Source of the DNA: the human T2T-CHM13v2.0 reference genome, Homo sapiens
Reading direction: 5' to 3' (one strand)
Length of the DNA: 64,000 nt
Assembly: GCF_009914755.1 (NCBI RefSeq)
Contig: NC_060942.1
Shown here: positions 45,166-61,200 of the stretch, piece after piece
Layout of the letters: each line of letters begins with the position of its first letter
Numbering within the stretch: position 1 is the first letter of the stretch
Made by a program: the position numbers and the translations under genes
The notes under the pieces: generated by a model
What the model saw: the letters and a program-made list of their open reading frames with translations, nothing else
What the model was told of the DNA's origin: nothing
Database searches by the model: none

Positions 45166-45842
45166 ATTTGAGTTTGAGTCTCAAGAAGAAAAAAAGAGTT
45201 CACCAGGATTTTCTTTTTTCTGAGATAATAAAGAAATTGTCAGTATTTTACTTAGCTGAAGACTCAATTTGAAGGGCTTTTAAAGTGTACGATAATATTA
45301 ATATCTGTTAAACTAATGTAATATCACATTTTAGACAAAGTTATAATCACATTTTTCATTTCTTCTTTGAAGAGCAAGATTCTTTTTGTATGTGCATCAG
45401 AAAAATGAGAAGATTTATAAATGTGAGTTTACAGATCATCTAATCCAATTCCTTTGTTTTATAAAAAGGAAGCGAAGGAAGGTGAAGGTGAAGAGAGGCT
45501 AAGTGACCTGCTTGAATTCACACAGCTCACCCGTGGTAAACTACAGCCCTGGTCTGCAGACTCCCTGTTCTCTGTGTCACTACTGGCTTTTCAGGTTAAG
45601 GAGTTCCAGTTAATAATATTCTTGCAAAGCCTGTCTCTATCTTAATATAACTGATTATCATTCAATATCGCCACAATGGCAGTAACTGCAGAGTTAGGTA
45701 GACGACAAAGCATCTGAAAAAGCTCCTTAGGTGACTGTGACAACCAACCCATCCTCACCCCTAGGTGTGCCATGTCACTTAGTGACAATATAGAGAGCTG
45801 TAGATAATTAACTTCTATCTCCTAAGCCTAATCCAGTCGTTG

Positions 45843-45974
45843 TTTTCCTTTCTTTTTTAGAGACAGAGTCTCACTATCTTGCCCAGGATGGCCTCCAACT
45901 CCTGGCCTCAAACAATTCTTCCACCTCAGCCTCCCCAGTGGCTGGGACTACAGGCGCAAGCCACCACACCTAGC
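45843..45974 (-). mobile_element. FLAM-type Alu monomer
   Basis: GAGACAGAGTCTCACTATCTTGCCCAGG...GCCACCACACCTAGC. Confidence 0.85.
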
Positions 45975-46646
45975 TAAGTGGTTTTACTGTCTAATGTTAC
46001 TGTTAGGTTCTCTGGTCCCTAAGTCTTTGTTGTAGATTACTCTTCGTGTTACAAAATAAAAATAAAAGCTTTTAGCTTCATGCTATGGTTTTAAATTGGT
46101 TTAAACTATGGTTACAAAACCCTCATCAGAGTTGATGCCTAATTATTGCTTAAGAGAGGCTTAAAATATAAATTAAAAACTATAACCTATTAACTGTCTC
46201 TACTTAAAAATTTAAGACCATACAGATGTGAGAATTACTAACATTATCACTTAACTATCAATAAAGGGCAACATATTAAGGAATTTAAATAGCAGACCAA
46301 TTCATTTGATAATGCAGAATAAATTTACTAAGAATTCATTTCCTTGCCAATATGAAACAACAATTTTTAAACATTTTATGTTCTATAAAGCACTTTACAA
46401 ATAAAAGTTGCTGTTATTATGCTTATCTGATAAAAAAGATGAGATTGTTAAAGGTCACCATTTAATGATCCACGCTGAAGACCAGGAAATGTTTCATGCA
46501 TTTGCCATTTGAAAGAATATTTACTAAATTCCCGCTATATACCCAGCATTACACAGGGCTGGGAAATACAACGGAAACAAGACATAGGTCCTCTCCTGAA
46601 GGATTTTATGGTTTAGTGGGAGATACACTTAAGAAAGCATGCAATT

Positions 46647-46950
46647 GGCCAGGCGGGGTGGCTCATGCCTGTAATCCCAGCACTTTGGGAGGCCGAGGCG
46701 GGCGGATCACCTGAGGTCAGGAGTTCAAGACCAGCCTGATCAAAATGGAGAAACCCCATCTCTACTAAAAATACAAAAAAATTAGCCGGGTGTGGTGGCA
46801 CATGCCTGTAATCCCAGCTACTTGGGAGGCTGAGGCAGGAGAATCGCTTGAACCCGGGAGGCGGAGCTTGCGGTTGAGATTGCGCACCACTGCACTCCAG
46901 CCTGGGCAACAAGAGAGAAACGCTGTCTCAAGAAAAAAAAAAAAATAAGA
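46647..46950 (+). mobile_element. Alu (AluSp-like) inserted in L2
   Basis: Full Alu; 16-bp TSD AAGAAAGCATGCAATT. Confidence 0.95.
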
Positions 46951-47673
46951 AGAAGAAAGCATGCAATTAAAATAAAGCAGACTGAGTTTTTCCCTAGGAA
47001 TTAGTATAAAATGCTGCCTATGATGCACATTGGAAGGACAACTAATATAGTCCGGGAAACGATCCAAGAAGAAAAAATAAGCCCAGGTTTTAACAAATGT
47101 GTATTAGCTAGGCAAAGTAGGAAATGTGTTATGGGCAAAAGGAACAGTACTGCAAATACCTAGAAGTTAAAGAGAAGATGAAGCTTTCAAAGCCTTAAAT
47201 ATGGATCAATACCACCAAAGTAAAGACTGGGAGGGGAAAGGGATGAACCAGAGATATCTGTGATCAAACCAACTATGTTATTAAATGAATAAACAGCCTA
47301 TTAAGCAATGGGGGGATCAGTTAAATAATAATGTCCATTATTATGGACATTAATTAATGGAATATTAAGCAATCATTAAAAATGATGTTGAAATATATTT
47401 GATAACAGAAAATGTTCATTAAAACAAGTATTTATTGATAATCTGTTACTGTACTAAGCTAGGTAGTTGAAAAATTAGGTTACAAACCACTATGTCCACA
47501 TGTGATATAATTCTTAGGAAAATCACACATATGTCCATAAGAAAAAATGATTAGAAGAATATAAAATGCTAACAACAGCTATTATTGTTGGGGAATGGGG
47601 TTGCAAGTGATTTTTCCTTTGCTTTTGCTTATCTTTATTTTCTAATCTTTCCCTCTTATTATAAAAACTAGTA

Positions 47674-48466
47674 TGGTTGACCCTTGAACAACACGTTTGA
47701 AGTGCATGGGTCCACTTATACACGTATTTTGTTTTCAATAAAAATTACTCTTGAGTGTTTTGCCTGTCTCTCTTGCCTCCTCTTCCACCTCCTCCACCTC
47801 TTCAGCCACTGACACCCCTGAGCAACAAGACCAATCCCTCCACTTCCTCAGACTATTCAATGCAAAGATGAAGACCATTATGATGATCAATCTCCACTTA
47901 ATGAATAGTAAATATATTTTCCTTATGAGGTTCTTAATAACATTTTCTTTACTCTAGCTTACTTTAAAAATACAGGTCTGGGTGTGGTGGCTCATGCCTG
48001 CAATCCCAGCACTTTGGGAGGCCAATGCGGGATAACTGCTTGAACCCAGGAGTTCAAGACCAGTGTGGGCAAAAGAGTGAGACCCTGTCTCTACCAACAC
48101 AAAACAAAACAAAAATTCGCTGGGCATGGTGGTGGGGACCACTATAGGGGTGGCTCATGCCTATAATCCCAGCTACTTGGGAGGCTGAGGTGGGAGGATC
48201 ACCTGAGCCCAGGAAGTTGAGGCTGCAGTGAGCTATGATTGTGCCACTGTACTCTAGCCAGGGCAACAGAGCCAGACCCTGTCAATAATAATAATAATAA
48301 CAATAATACAGGATATAACACATATAAAATATGTATTAACTGTTATGTTACCGGTAAGACTTTCAATCAAAACTTAAGTTTGAGAGAGTCAAATGTGTTA
48401 TACTCAGATTTCTGACTGCAAAGGAGGGTCAGTGACCCTAACCACCACGTTGTTCAGGGTCAACTG
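47674..48466. mobile_element. Tigger2-family (Tigger2a/MER28-like) DNA transposon, interrupted by an AluJ
   Basis: TIRs GTTGACCCTTGAACAAC / GTTGTTCAGGGTCAACTG, flanked by TA. Confidence 0.88.
47975..48306 (+). mobile_element. AluJ with (AAT)n tail
   Basis: Alu body with an extra stretch of about 20 nt at the start of the right arm; TSD AATACAGG. Confidence 0.9.
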
Positions 48467-49855
48467 TATAAACAATCCAAAGGAGATTACAGAACTTTTC
48501 ATAGGACCAAGTGCTATTAAAAGAAAACTATACGTGTGGCTCATCTACCAGAAGTTCTGGCAAATGGCAGACATCTGAAGTTGTATCTGTGTTTTTTAAA
48601 CAATTATCCAACTAACCTTTATTGAGTACCTATTTGTATCAGGCACCAAAATATAGATACAAAAATAAATGAGGCATAGTCCTTGCCCTCAAAGGGCTCA
48701 CAGCCAAGTGGAATAGACAAACACATATACATACAATGTGTGCTGTGGTGAGGTAACTGTTAACAGAGATATCACAAAATACTATGGAAGTACTGAGGAC
48801 AGAGACCTCCAGCATTTCAGAAGCTGCTATTTAATACACAGATATCTAGGTGTATTTAGAAAGTCACATTTATCCCACATCACCTTGACCTATTTGCCAC
48901 AAGAAAAAAAAGAGGGGATGGGGGATTGGAAGAGACACTACACTAATTATACAAACTAGATTTACAATGCAGTATTGATGTACTAAACCTGCTCTACAAG
49001 GAGCCTATTGTAGGAATTACACAATGACCAGACCAAGAGACACATTATCAGATGGTCTACTCCTGTTCTTTAGCACTCTAGGTTGTCAAGGGCAGATCTG
49101 CAATCAAGTCTGACTGTGTATGAATGGAGTTTTCAAGTAAAGTGAAATAGCTAGAAAAGAGGAAGCCATATATATTACCCAACTTTTAGTGAAAGAAAAC
49201 AAAAATGAAGGGCAAAATAAAAGCCAAGAAAGAAGACTAGAGTCTGTTCGTTTCATTTGTCAAATAAACCAAAACAATTAACTTCCCCCTCTTGAAACAC
49301 TTGCTTTAATTTCCTATCCTTATTTTGCCTTTGTCATTGCATAGACATTTAATTTTCTTTTTCACCATTCTAGTTCCAATTTTCTTTTAAATATAATAGG
49401 AACAATCAAATATACAGTATCAATCTGGTCACTTTGAGTACTTAAACCTCTATTATACAGAAAATTATGAAAAAATATTTTTTCCCACAAAGTTGAAAGG
49501 GGGATGAGAAATGTTTTGACAGTGTAGGCCACATAAGTAATTGTAATTACCCACACAAGATCCTCACTGTGAAATTTCCTCAGAAGGAGAAATCTGTGGC
49601 TCATATAAAATTCCATATATTATAATGATTATGGCATTGGATCTAATTTTTTAAAATACTGTTTTATGGTTAATCCTAATATTTAAAATGAATGTGTATA
49701 TTATATATCAATTATAAATAAAATTAATTTTTAAGAAATGCCTATCAACTGACAAAATACAGTTGGGAAATTTGACATTTGTAATTTACCTTAATTCATT
49801 ACATGTTCCTCAAGAAGTCACTGTAGATAGGAGAACTTAATACCACAGCTATAGC

Positions 49856-49940
49856 CCTGCACTGTCCTGCTAACCCCCTTCCTGTTTCCTCCTTCACCTG
49901 CACTGTCCTGCTAACCCCCTTCCTGTTTCCTCCTCCACCT
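49856..49940. repeat. 41-bp tandem duplication
   Basis: CCTGCACTGTCCTGCTAACCCCCTTCCTGTTTCCTCCT(T/C)CA x2, one mismatch. Confidence 0.95.
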
Positions 49941-50134
49941 TAAGAATGAGCAACCCGCCCAAAAGCCTGCTCCAGTCACCACTGCCCTGTTAACTTTTAT
50001 TCTAGCCAATCATCACATCTCTTGACAAATGCCTTCTTCTCTTCCTGTGCTCTTTTATAACCTAAGCACCCTTTCATTATCTTACCTCAAAACCTCTATT
50101 CACGGATTTTTGCAACTTCCCTCTAGTGTCTCTT

Positions 50135-50137
<3 letters not shown>

Positions 50138-50180
<43 letters not shown>
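50138..50180. repeat. (CA)n microsatellite
   Basis: About 21 perfect units. Confidence 0.97.
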
Positions 50181-50183
<3 letters not shown>

Positions 50184-52233
50184 GGAGAGAGACAGAACCA
50201 CTCTTGATAATCCATTAATAGCTTATTTATAACCCCCCAAAGCTGAAAGTGATCCCCCATTCTGACCACCAGATTTTTCTGGGCCTGGTGGAGTGCAGCA
50301 GGCCTGAAGGAGAGCTAGAGGGGCTCCAGAGCACACACACAGGGAAGGAAAGCCTGGTGGGAGAGGGGCGTTACTTTATTCTGTGTGGGCAAGCATCGAA
50401 GAGGCCACCAAACAGGTATGAGCCAGAACAGCTTTCCTGTGCCTAACTCATACCAGCAACTATTGGGGAGACTGTATTTGAACTATATCTCTGGGCCTGG
50501 CACTTTTTTTAACATTTGCCAATGAATGGTTTCATCTCAGCGCCCCAGAATAGTTCAACTGCTTCAAAGAAATGTTTGGAAGAAGAAATAATTTGCTGTA
50601 TAGTAATAATTTGCTGAGAATTAAATACTAACAGCCTCAACTGCTGGTTTCTCTTGTACTAAGAGTATTCAAAAAACAAATAGATACGGTCTCCGCTGTT
50701 TTTTAGAGCTGCCCAACTACTTAAAATAGCTGCTTAATTTCTTTGCTCCACTTTCCAGGGGCACAATTAAATATGCAGGCTGGAGGAAGAAGAGTGGAAT
50801 CAAATGGCACAGATGCCCACATGACTGCATAGCTGTGTGTGTAGGCCCTGGACTGCCCCAGCTCACCCCCATCCACTCATGTCTAGATGTAAGACTGAGG
50901 AAAACTGCAGCGAAGGTGTGGGTGAGCAAACAGCTGGGACTGCATTGGCCAGGGACGCATGTGCAGAGGCGGCAGAGTTCACATACTTTGGATTTTTATA
51001 CAAGAGACTAGCTTGAGTCACTAACCAGAGGGCACATAATCTTTGACATTTCAAAATTTCGAGATATATGATGTAAGAAAACCATTTACTCCTAATATTT
51101 TCTTATGTCTAATATTTGACATAATTACGTCTTCCTAAACATACACATTTTTAAACTAAATTAGAAATGTAAAATTATTATAAGATATCTCAAATCTAAA
51201 ATTCTTTTTGAATTCTGTCAGAAGAAATGATTCTTTCAAGAACACTCCCTAAATTCCTGGTTATTAAAAACAATATTTTGAATACTGCCTAAGATTTCCT
51301 TTAGAGGTCACATAAAAGGCCAAATTACATTTTAATGACTATACAGTAGAAAACTATACTTCTATAACAACTGGCTTTCTGGCAGTATCTGTCCTAACAT
51401 ATTTTTAGCATATGCCACTGTTTACACTGTTTTTTTTTTCCCTAGTAACAGTGAAACTTCACCAGACCAAATTAACTACCAATTTAAGAAAAATTTAAAT
51501 ATTATCAATAAAACCTATTTTAATGACTTCCTTGGATTATTCTCGAGACTTTTCTAACAGGTCCTTACCTTTGATATCACTTAAAACTTACAGAAAAGTC
51601 TCAGGAATTAAAATGACTGAAAAGGCAAGGATATCGACTGGCTCAGTGGGAAAGCATGCAGCCCTGATTGTCACTGGCAATCACCTAAAATCTCAAGAGG
51701 AAGTGGCTGCTGGATGAAGCACACACTGAGGGCTAGAAGGCGGAAAGACAAAAAGAACCTGAGTATTTGATAAGACTGTGGAGCTCTAAATAAAGCCAAC
51801 TCTGAAGCCCACCCCTCTGGAGTTCTAGCTTCTGAGCCAATTTTTGTATCACTTTAAGTTTTTTGGCATTTTTTTTGTTTTGATATAATTTTAAACTTAC
51901 AGAAACGCCTCAAAAATATACAGAAATTATCAGGAATTCCTGTATATCCTTTGACCAGATTTATCAATACCAATGTTTTACCCCATTTGCTTTATTCACA
52001 TTTTCTTTCACAAACCACTGGAGAGTAAGTCACAAACTTTATGCCCATCTCTTCTCCAAATATCTACAAATAAGGGCATGTCTTAGATGACCACAATATA
52101 ATTATAAAAATAAGAAATTTAACATCTAATCCACAGTCTATATTCAAATTTCAACTGTTCCCCAAACATGCTCTTTGTACTATCCTTCCTAACCCAGGCT
52201 CATCCATTGCATTTGTTGTCTTATCTCTTTAGC

Positions 52234-52533
52234 TTTTTTCTTTTTTTGAGACAGAGTCTCATTCTGTCAGCCAGGCTGGAGTGCAGTGGCACAACCATAG
52301 CTCACACAACCAAGCTCATAACCTTGAATTCCCAGGCTCAAGTGATTCTCCCACCTCCTGAATAGCTAGGACTACAGGTACGCCCCACTACACCTGGCTA
52401 ATTTAAAAAAAATTTTTTATAGAGATGGCATCTCGCTATGTTGCCTAGGCTGGTCTCAAACTCCTATCCTCAAGTGATCCTCCCACCTTGACCTCCCAAA
52501 GTGCTGGGATTACAGGTGTGAGCCACCACATCC
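52234..52533 (-). mobile_element. AluJ
   Basis: Diverged Alu; TSD CTCTTTAG. Confidence 0.9.
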
Positions 52534-52765
52534 CTCTTTAGTCTCCTTTAATCAAAAACAGTTCTTCAGCCTTTGTCTTTCATTACAATGACACTGGAAG
52601 AATACAGGTCAGGTACATGGTTCCTCAGGTATTTGGTTTGTCTCATGTTTCTGCAGGTTATGCACACTTGGCAGAGATACCTGGCAGAGATACATGACCC
52701 TTTCAGTGAGTCAGGAGGCACATGGTATGGTTTGTCCTAATACTGGTGATGTCAACTTTTATTAC

Positions 52766-53357
52766 TGTGGCACACAGACTCTAAGACATCCCTGTCCTTG
52801 CCACCTCCTGCTGTTCATGCCCTGTGTGACTCCTCCCTTTGAGTCTAGGTGGGACCTGTGAAGTGCTTCTAACTGACAGAATACAGCAAAAGTGATGGGA
52901 TGTTCACTATTACAAATACATGATTATATTACATAAGACAGCTTCCATCTTGCTGGAGTCTCCTCTCCTTTGCTGGCTGTGAGGGAGCAAGTGGCCACGT
53001 TGGGAACCCACATGGCAAAGGAACTGCAGATAGATAGTCTCTACGTGCTGAGGGCATTCTCCAGCCAATGGCCAGCAAAAAAAAAAAAAAAAAATGAAGC
53101 CATCAGTTGTACCATCACAAGGAGCTGAATGTGGCCACAAGCACATGAGCAGGAAATGAATCCTTCCCAGACTAAGCCTCCAGATGATGAGCCCCAGCTG
53201 ACACCTGAATTAGAATCTTAGGAGACCCTGAACAGAGGACCCAGCTAAGCCAGGCCAGACTCCTAACTAACAAAATCTGTGAGATCATAAATTTGTGGCT
53301 GTTTTAAGCTTCTAAACGTGTGGTAACATTGTTACACAGCAATACAAAACTAGTTCA
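52766..53357 (+). mobile_element. MLT1E/F-like MaLR solo LTR
   Basis: Starts TGTGGCACACAGACTCTAAG, ends TTGTTACACAGCAATACAAAACTAGTTCA. Confidence 0.85.
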
Positions 53358-53700
53358 GTCACTTAAGGTGGTTCTGCTAGATTACTCCGGTATACTATTT
53401 TTGCCTTTGAAATCAACAGGTATTTAACAGTGAACTCTTTTGAAACTGTTAATATCATGGTCCTCATCAAACCTTCATTAACTAGTTTTAACAACCACTG
53501 ATGATTTTTACCTAAGTCAGCTAATACTATGATGGTTGAAAAAGAACAACATTCCATCCATCATCACTCCTTCTATATTTGTGAGTTGGCACTGTAAGGA
53601 AGAACTTTCCTTTCTCCCCATTTATTCACGTATTTAGAGTCTTGTGGATTTTATTATTTTATCAGTTTTATTTGGTAACTAATTTAATACATTATCATTA

Positions 53701-53995
53701 TTCTTTTTTTTTCTGAGGTAGGGTCTCGCTCTGTCACTCAGGGTGGAGTGCAGTGGCGCCGTTTCAGTGAACTGCAGCCTCGACCTCCTGGACTCAAAAG
53801 TGTTCCTCCTAAGTCAGCCTCCAGAGTACAAGGACCACAGTGTACGCAACCACACCCAACTAATTTTTGTGTTTTTGTAGAGATGAGGTCTCACTATATT
53901 GCCCAGGCTGGTCTCAAACTCCTGGGCTCAAGCAATCCACCTGCCTCGGACTCCTAAACAGCTGAGGTTACAGGCATGAGCCACTTTGCCTGGCC
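53701..53995 (-). mobile_element. AluJ
   Basis: Diverged full Alu. Confidence 0.9.
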
Positions 53996-54112
53996 CATTA
54001 TCGTTAGTTATTCTGATGCTCAAGTATTTCCAGACTTGGCCAGTGGGCAGTCCTGCAAGCTGACTCCTGAGTCCTTGTGACCTCTCCCATAACTTTTAAA
54101 AACTGCTTTATT

Positions 54113-54488
<376 letters not shown>

Positions 54489-55930
54489 TTAATGATTTTC
54501 AGTGAATTTATAAAAATATGCAACCATCACCACCACCACATAATTTTAGAATTTGAATTTTTTATCACTCCAGATGAAAGAAAATTCATGCCCATTTGCA
54601 GGCACTCCTCTTCTGACCCCCAGCTCCATGAAATCACTCACGTACTTTCCGTCTCTACAGTTTTGCCATTTCTGGACATTTTATATAAATGAAATCCCAC
54701 AACGTGGCCTTTGTCTCTGGATTTTTTCACAGTGCCTGTTTTCGAGGTTCCTCCATGTGGCTATATCAGTATTTTGTTCCTTTTTATTGCAGATGGTACT
54801 CCATGGCATGGCTGCACCACCTTATCAGGCTTTGTATGCTTCCTTATACCTGGCACAACAAGATGATTTGGCCTCATCTTGTCCTTCCCCTGCCCCAACC
54901 CTGGAATCAGCTACTTCTCTGGGGAGCCCTGGTTACTGGTAGTGGGGAAGGCTATTTAGAAACAAAGACGTGGGTGACTAGTTGTGCTCACTTGGGTGAC
55001 TAGGGGTGCCACTGCTTCCAGGCCCTTTCACAGTGTGTGCGCATGTCTGCACGTGTGCACATATAACGTTTACATAAATACATAGACATATATAGACATA
55101 TACACACACACATACACATAAAGGGCTGAGTTACTTTTTGTTGCTTGTAGTTGAAGGCATCCTAACAGACAGCAACATAAGAGATCAGATAAAAATCCCT
55201 TCCTTTCTCTATTTAGGAAGGAAATGGTAGTAAAAAACAGATCAGTTGTAGTTTCATTCTGCTTCAGAACTCTGAAATGCATACTCAAAAGGTTTCACTT
55301 GAGCCTTTTGGCACAAGAAATCTTTTCCAAGCAATGATCCCAAATGCTTGATGTTCATTTTTAATTTTTATTCTATCAATTCATATACTGGCTTAGTGAG
55401 TAGCCAGCAAGGAGAGGCTGCTCAGTCCCAGGGTGCTGGGAGTTCACCCTTTGAGATTGTCATCCCACACTAAACACAATCCAGAAAAATGACAGATATG
55501 AATTTTTAAGTGTTTTTGAGATATAGCCACTTTAAAGAAATCAGTAACTCTGTGGCGCAGAAACAGAACAGAAAAATGCTGCAGTATAATAAAAGGGCTG
55601 AAGCCATGGTCTCCCTGATTCTCTATCCAGAAGCAGCCAGGAGGCTGCAACCCAGATATAGGAGACATGCAATCAGGTCTACTGTGTAAGGCTGGGGCAA
55701 ACCTTTCCTACTGTGAAACAAGGCTGATGAAAATTGTGAAGGCTGTGCAGATTACAATTTGTAGGAAGAAACACTGCCTGCTCAGGGATTGGATCTATAG
55801 CTCTAATATCGCTGTAGGATGAATACTCCAATCCACCCATAAGAATGGTCAACGGCCTAGTTATGTATGAAGTCCTTCTATGGACATCAGGTGAAGAACC
55901 CATTGATTTGTAGGTAAACATTTTAGTATA

Positions 55931-56271
55931 CAGATGCTGCTTGACTTATGATGGAGTTACATCCTGATAAGCTCATTGAAAATACCATATAGTGAAAATG
56001 CATCTAATACACATAACCTACAAAACATCATAGCTTAGCCTAGCCTACCTTAAACAGGTTCATAACACTTAAGTTAGCCCATGGTTGGGCAAAATCATCT
56101 AACACAAAGCCTATTTTATGATAAAGTGTTGAACATTTTATTGAATACAACTGAATAACTGAACAATTTATTGAATACAATATGGTTGTATGGGTACTCA
56201 AACTATAGTTACTAAATGTTTATCACTTCTACACCATCATAAAGTCGAAAAATCTTAACTTGAACCGTCTG
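55931..56271. mobile_element. Tigger3/MER7 (Golem) DNA transposon
   Basis: TA-CAGATGCTGCTTGACTTATGATGG start; CTTAGCCTAGCCTACCTTAAAC core; ends CCGTCTG-TA. Confidence 0.88.
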
Positions 56272-56296
56272 TAACTGTGTTTGCTTTTCTGGGGAA

Positions 56297-57440
<1,144 letters not shown>

Positions 57441-57769
57441 AGAGGAAAGTTCTGTATTTTTCATCAAATTTTCAGTGAGATCTATGATCTGCAAATAGAA
57501 AAGGCCCACTGCCCTAATATATCCTAATATATATCTGAGTTGACATGATGGCCTCCGGAGTTTGCCTCACTGTGTTTAGTTCTGTCATTTATTTCTTCAA
57601 ATATCTCTGCATGACCACTAGGTGCAAGACACTGTTTGTGAGCATTAGAAACATGGCAGAAAAAAACACCAAGTCTCACTTAGTGAGGGAAGGGAAGGGT
57701 CAGAGTGAACGTTTTTGGACATAAATCAGATCACATCCTGTCAATCTGTTGAGAACTCTCTAGTGGGTG

Positions 57770-58210
57770 CACACTTAAGTTCATAGCAGCATTCTTCACA
57801 ATGGCCAACAGGTAGAAGCAACCAGTTGTCCACCAAACAGATGGATAAACAAAATGTGATGTTTATACACAATAAAATATGATCCAGCCTTCAAAAAGAA
57901 AGAAGCTCTAACACACTATAGCATGGTTGAACCTTGAGGACATTATGCTAAACGAAATAAGCAGTCACAAAAGGATAGATACTGGTAATTCCACTTCTAT
58001 GAGTAACTGGTCAAATGCATAGAGACTGAAAGGAGAATGGTGGCTGTTGGGGAAAAGGAAAAGGGGAGTTGTTATATAATGGGTAGAGTTTCAGTTTTGC
58101 AAAATGAAAAGGTTCTGGAGATATGTTTCACAACAATATATTTAACACAACCGAACTATAAACTTAAATGACTAAGATGATCAATTTTTTATCATAATTT
58201 TAAAATAAAA
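57770..58210 (+). mobile_element. L1MB-type 3'UTR
   Basis: GTTCATAGCAGCATTCTTCACAATGGCC...GAGTTTCAGTTTTGCAAAATGAAAAGGTTCTGGAGAT. Confidence 0.85.
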
Positions 58211-58517
<307 letters not shown>

Positions 58518-58779
58518 TCACCTTACTTATTTGCTAGCAGATTCTAGGAGGACAAAATTACTTATCCAAGCAGGCCAGCAATAAGAGAAAATCTCAGAAA
58601 CGTGGTTTTAAAAAAATTACCACATGCATTACTGATTATTGAAATGAAACCTGTATTTAATAACACAGTCATATTATCTGCTACTTGAATTACTCCTAGG
58701 TACAAAGGAATTAAATACGTAATGGTACACAAATAAATATGAATATCTGTATTAGAGTACTACTAGCTGCTGTAATAAA

Positions 58780-59310
58780 CTTCTCCAAAGGTTTCCAGAT
58801 TCACTCAGATGAGAGCTTACTGTACCCAATGGGGCCCTACACGACCTAGCTCCCTGCTGCTTGGCCTCCCTCGTTCACCGCCACCTCCCCTAGCCACACT
58901 GGCCTCCTTCATGTTCTTGGTCCACCTAGGCATCTTCCCACTGCAGGCCTTTGTGCTTGCTTCTTCTTCTGCCTGGCTTACTCCCTCATATCACTCAGAT
59001 CTCTGCTCAAATGTCACCTCTATTGAGAGGCCTTCAGTTTTTAAACAAAATTGAAAAATGGAATTGAAGTGAACCCTCTCCTCTCTGTCCACCCACCCCT
59101 GCCCAATTATACTCTATCCCTTGCCCCCCCTTTATTTTTCTTCATAGCACTTAACACCACAGAGTATTTTATATACATTTACTTATATATTATCTGTAAG
59201 TACTAGAATGTACAGTCTATGCAAGCAGAGGTTTTGTCACTTTTGTTTATTGACATACAACCCAGTGCCTAAAACAACTGTCTGGCACATTAAGTTCTCT
59301 CTTTGTACAA
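58780..59310 (+). mobile_element. L2a 3' portion
   Basis: CTAGCCACACTGGCCTCC...CTCAAATGTCACCTC...CTAGAATGTA...CCCAGTGCCTA. Confidence 0.8.
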
Positions 59311-59419
59311 AGAAGGAAAAGAATAAAGACAGAAGAAAAAAGAGAGATAAAGAGGACAGGGAAGAAGAATAGAAAAGAAACAAAGAAAAAGGAAAAGGAG
59401 AAGGTGTCTGATAACTTAA

Positions 59420-59812
<393 letters not shown>

Positions 59813-60569
59813 TAAATTAACAGTGTTAGTGCTCCCTTTTATTAGTATTATACACATAATTAAACAGCTGACTTACTCTTATACCTGCTGAACAATGGAA
59901 TAAAACATAATTGTGTTAAGGACATACAACTTGCTTTCTACTTAGCTCAAGGTAAACAAATTTCAGAAAATATTTCAATTATCTAGGAAGTCATCTGATG
60001 CAAGAATAGCACCGAATCTGACAGCTTCATTACTATGCTTGTTTAACTGTGACTCACAGACTGTTTTACAGAAGAGTAAATTTCCTGGTTTCTAATTTCT
60101 TGAGGAACTTGTGACAATCACAAGGTCCTGTTTTTTTGAAAATGCATTGTGCTAAGTCACCAATATTCACAGAAAGACTTTAAAAAAAATAGCAGTTCGT
60201 TTTTTTAGAAAGACCTGTAACTGCTAAATTTCCCTTGTATCTTACACGTTTTTCTTTTGAGTGGCCTTCAACAGACATTTTCCATCTCAATTCCAGTTTG
60301 ATTCTCTCCTAGCTAAAAATTATTGAGATCCCTAAAGAGACTCAATGTTATGGGAATCAACAAAACCATAGTTCTTGAGTTGCTGCCAGGCTCCTAAGGC
60401 ATTGAATGAGCTTGGTTCTATGCCTCCCTTGCCCTTCAAGTACCCTTACAGTCATGGGACTGGGTGTGGGTTTTGACAACAGAATGGAAGAGACAGTTAC
60501 ACAGTCATTCATGACTAATAAGAAAGCTAAATGTATGTCTCCACCTTTAGGGTTTTCTACTCCACAGCA

Positions 60570-60571
<2 letters not shown>

Positions 60572-60610
<39 letters not shown>
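60572..60610. repeat. (CA)n microsatellite
   Basis: About 19 perfect units. Confidence 0.97.
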
Positions 60611-60612
<2 letters not shown>

Positions 60613-60704
60613 CTCTTGTTTTCTTATTACAAAAGCAAGTCACATTCATTATAATCTCAGAAAATAGAAGCAATCTAAAAGAAAAGTTAAAGACTTACCT
60701 GGGA

Positions 60705-61200
60705 ATGTTTGTAACACACAGAAATGTGTTTATAACACAAATAAATGCATTTGTAACACAAAGAAATGTGTTGAGGTGACGGCTACCCCCATACCCTAAT
60801 GTGATTATCACATTGCATGCCTGTATCAAAATATCTCACCTACGGCCGGGCGTGGTGGCTCATGCCTGTAATCCCAGCACTTTGGGAGGCTGAGGCGGGC
60901 AGATCACAAGGTCAGGAGATCGAGACCATCCTGGCTAACACGGTGAAACCCCGTCTCTACTAAAAAAATACAAAAAATTAGCCAGGCATCATGGCCGGTG
61001 CCTGTAGTCCCAGCTACTCAGGAGGCTGAGGCAGGGGAATGACGTGAACTCGGGTGGCGGAGCTTGCAGTGAGCCGAGATCGCGCCACTGCACTCCAGCC
61101 TGGGTGACAGAGCGAGACTCCATCTCAAAAAAAAAAAAAAAAAATCTCACCTACTCCATAAATATATCCACCTACTATGTACCCCAAAAATTTTTTTTTA
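60705..61200 (+). mobile_element. L1MA 3'-end fragment, interrupted by an AluY
   Basis: TTGTAACACA...GTGATTATCACATTGCATGCCTGTATCAAAATATCTCA...CCTACTATGTACCC. Confidence 0.85.
60844..61143 (+). mobile_element. AluY
   Basis: AluY diagnostics; TSD ATCTCACCTAC. Confidence 0.95.
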
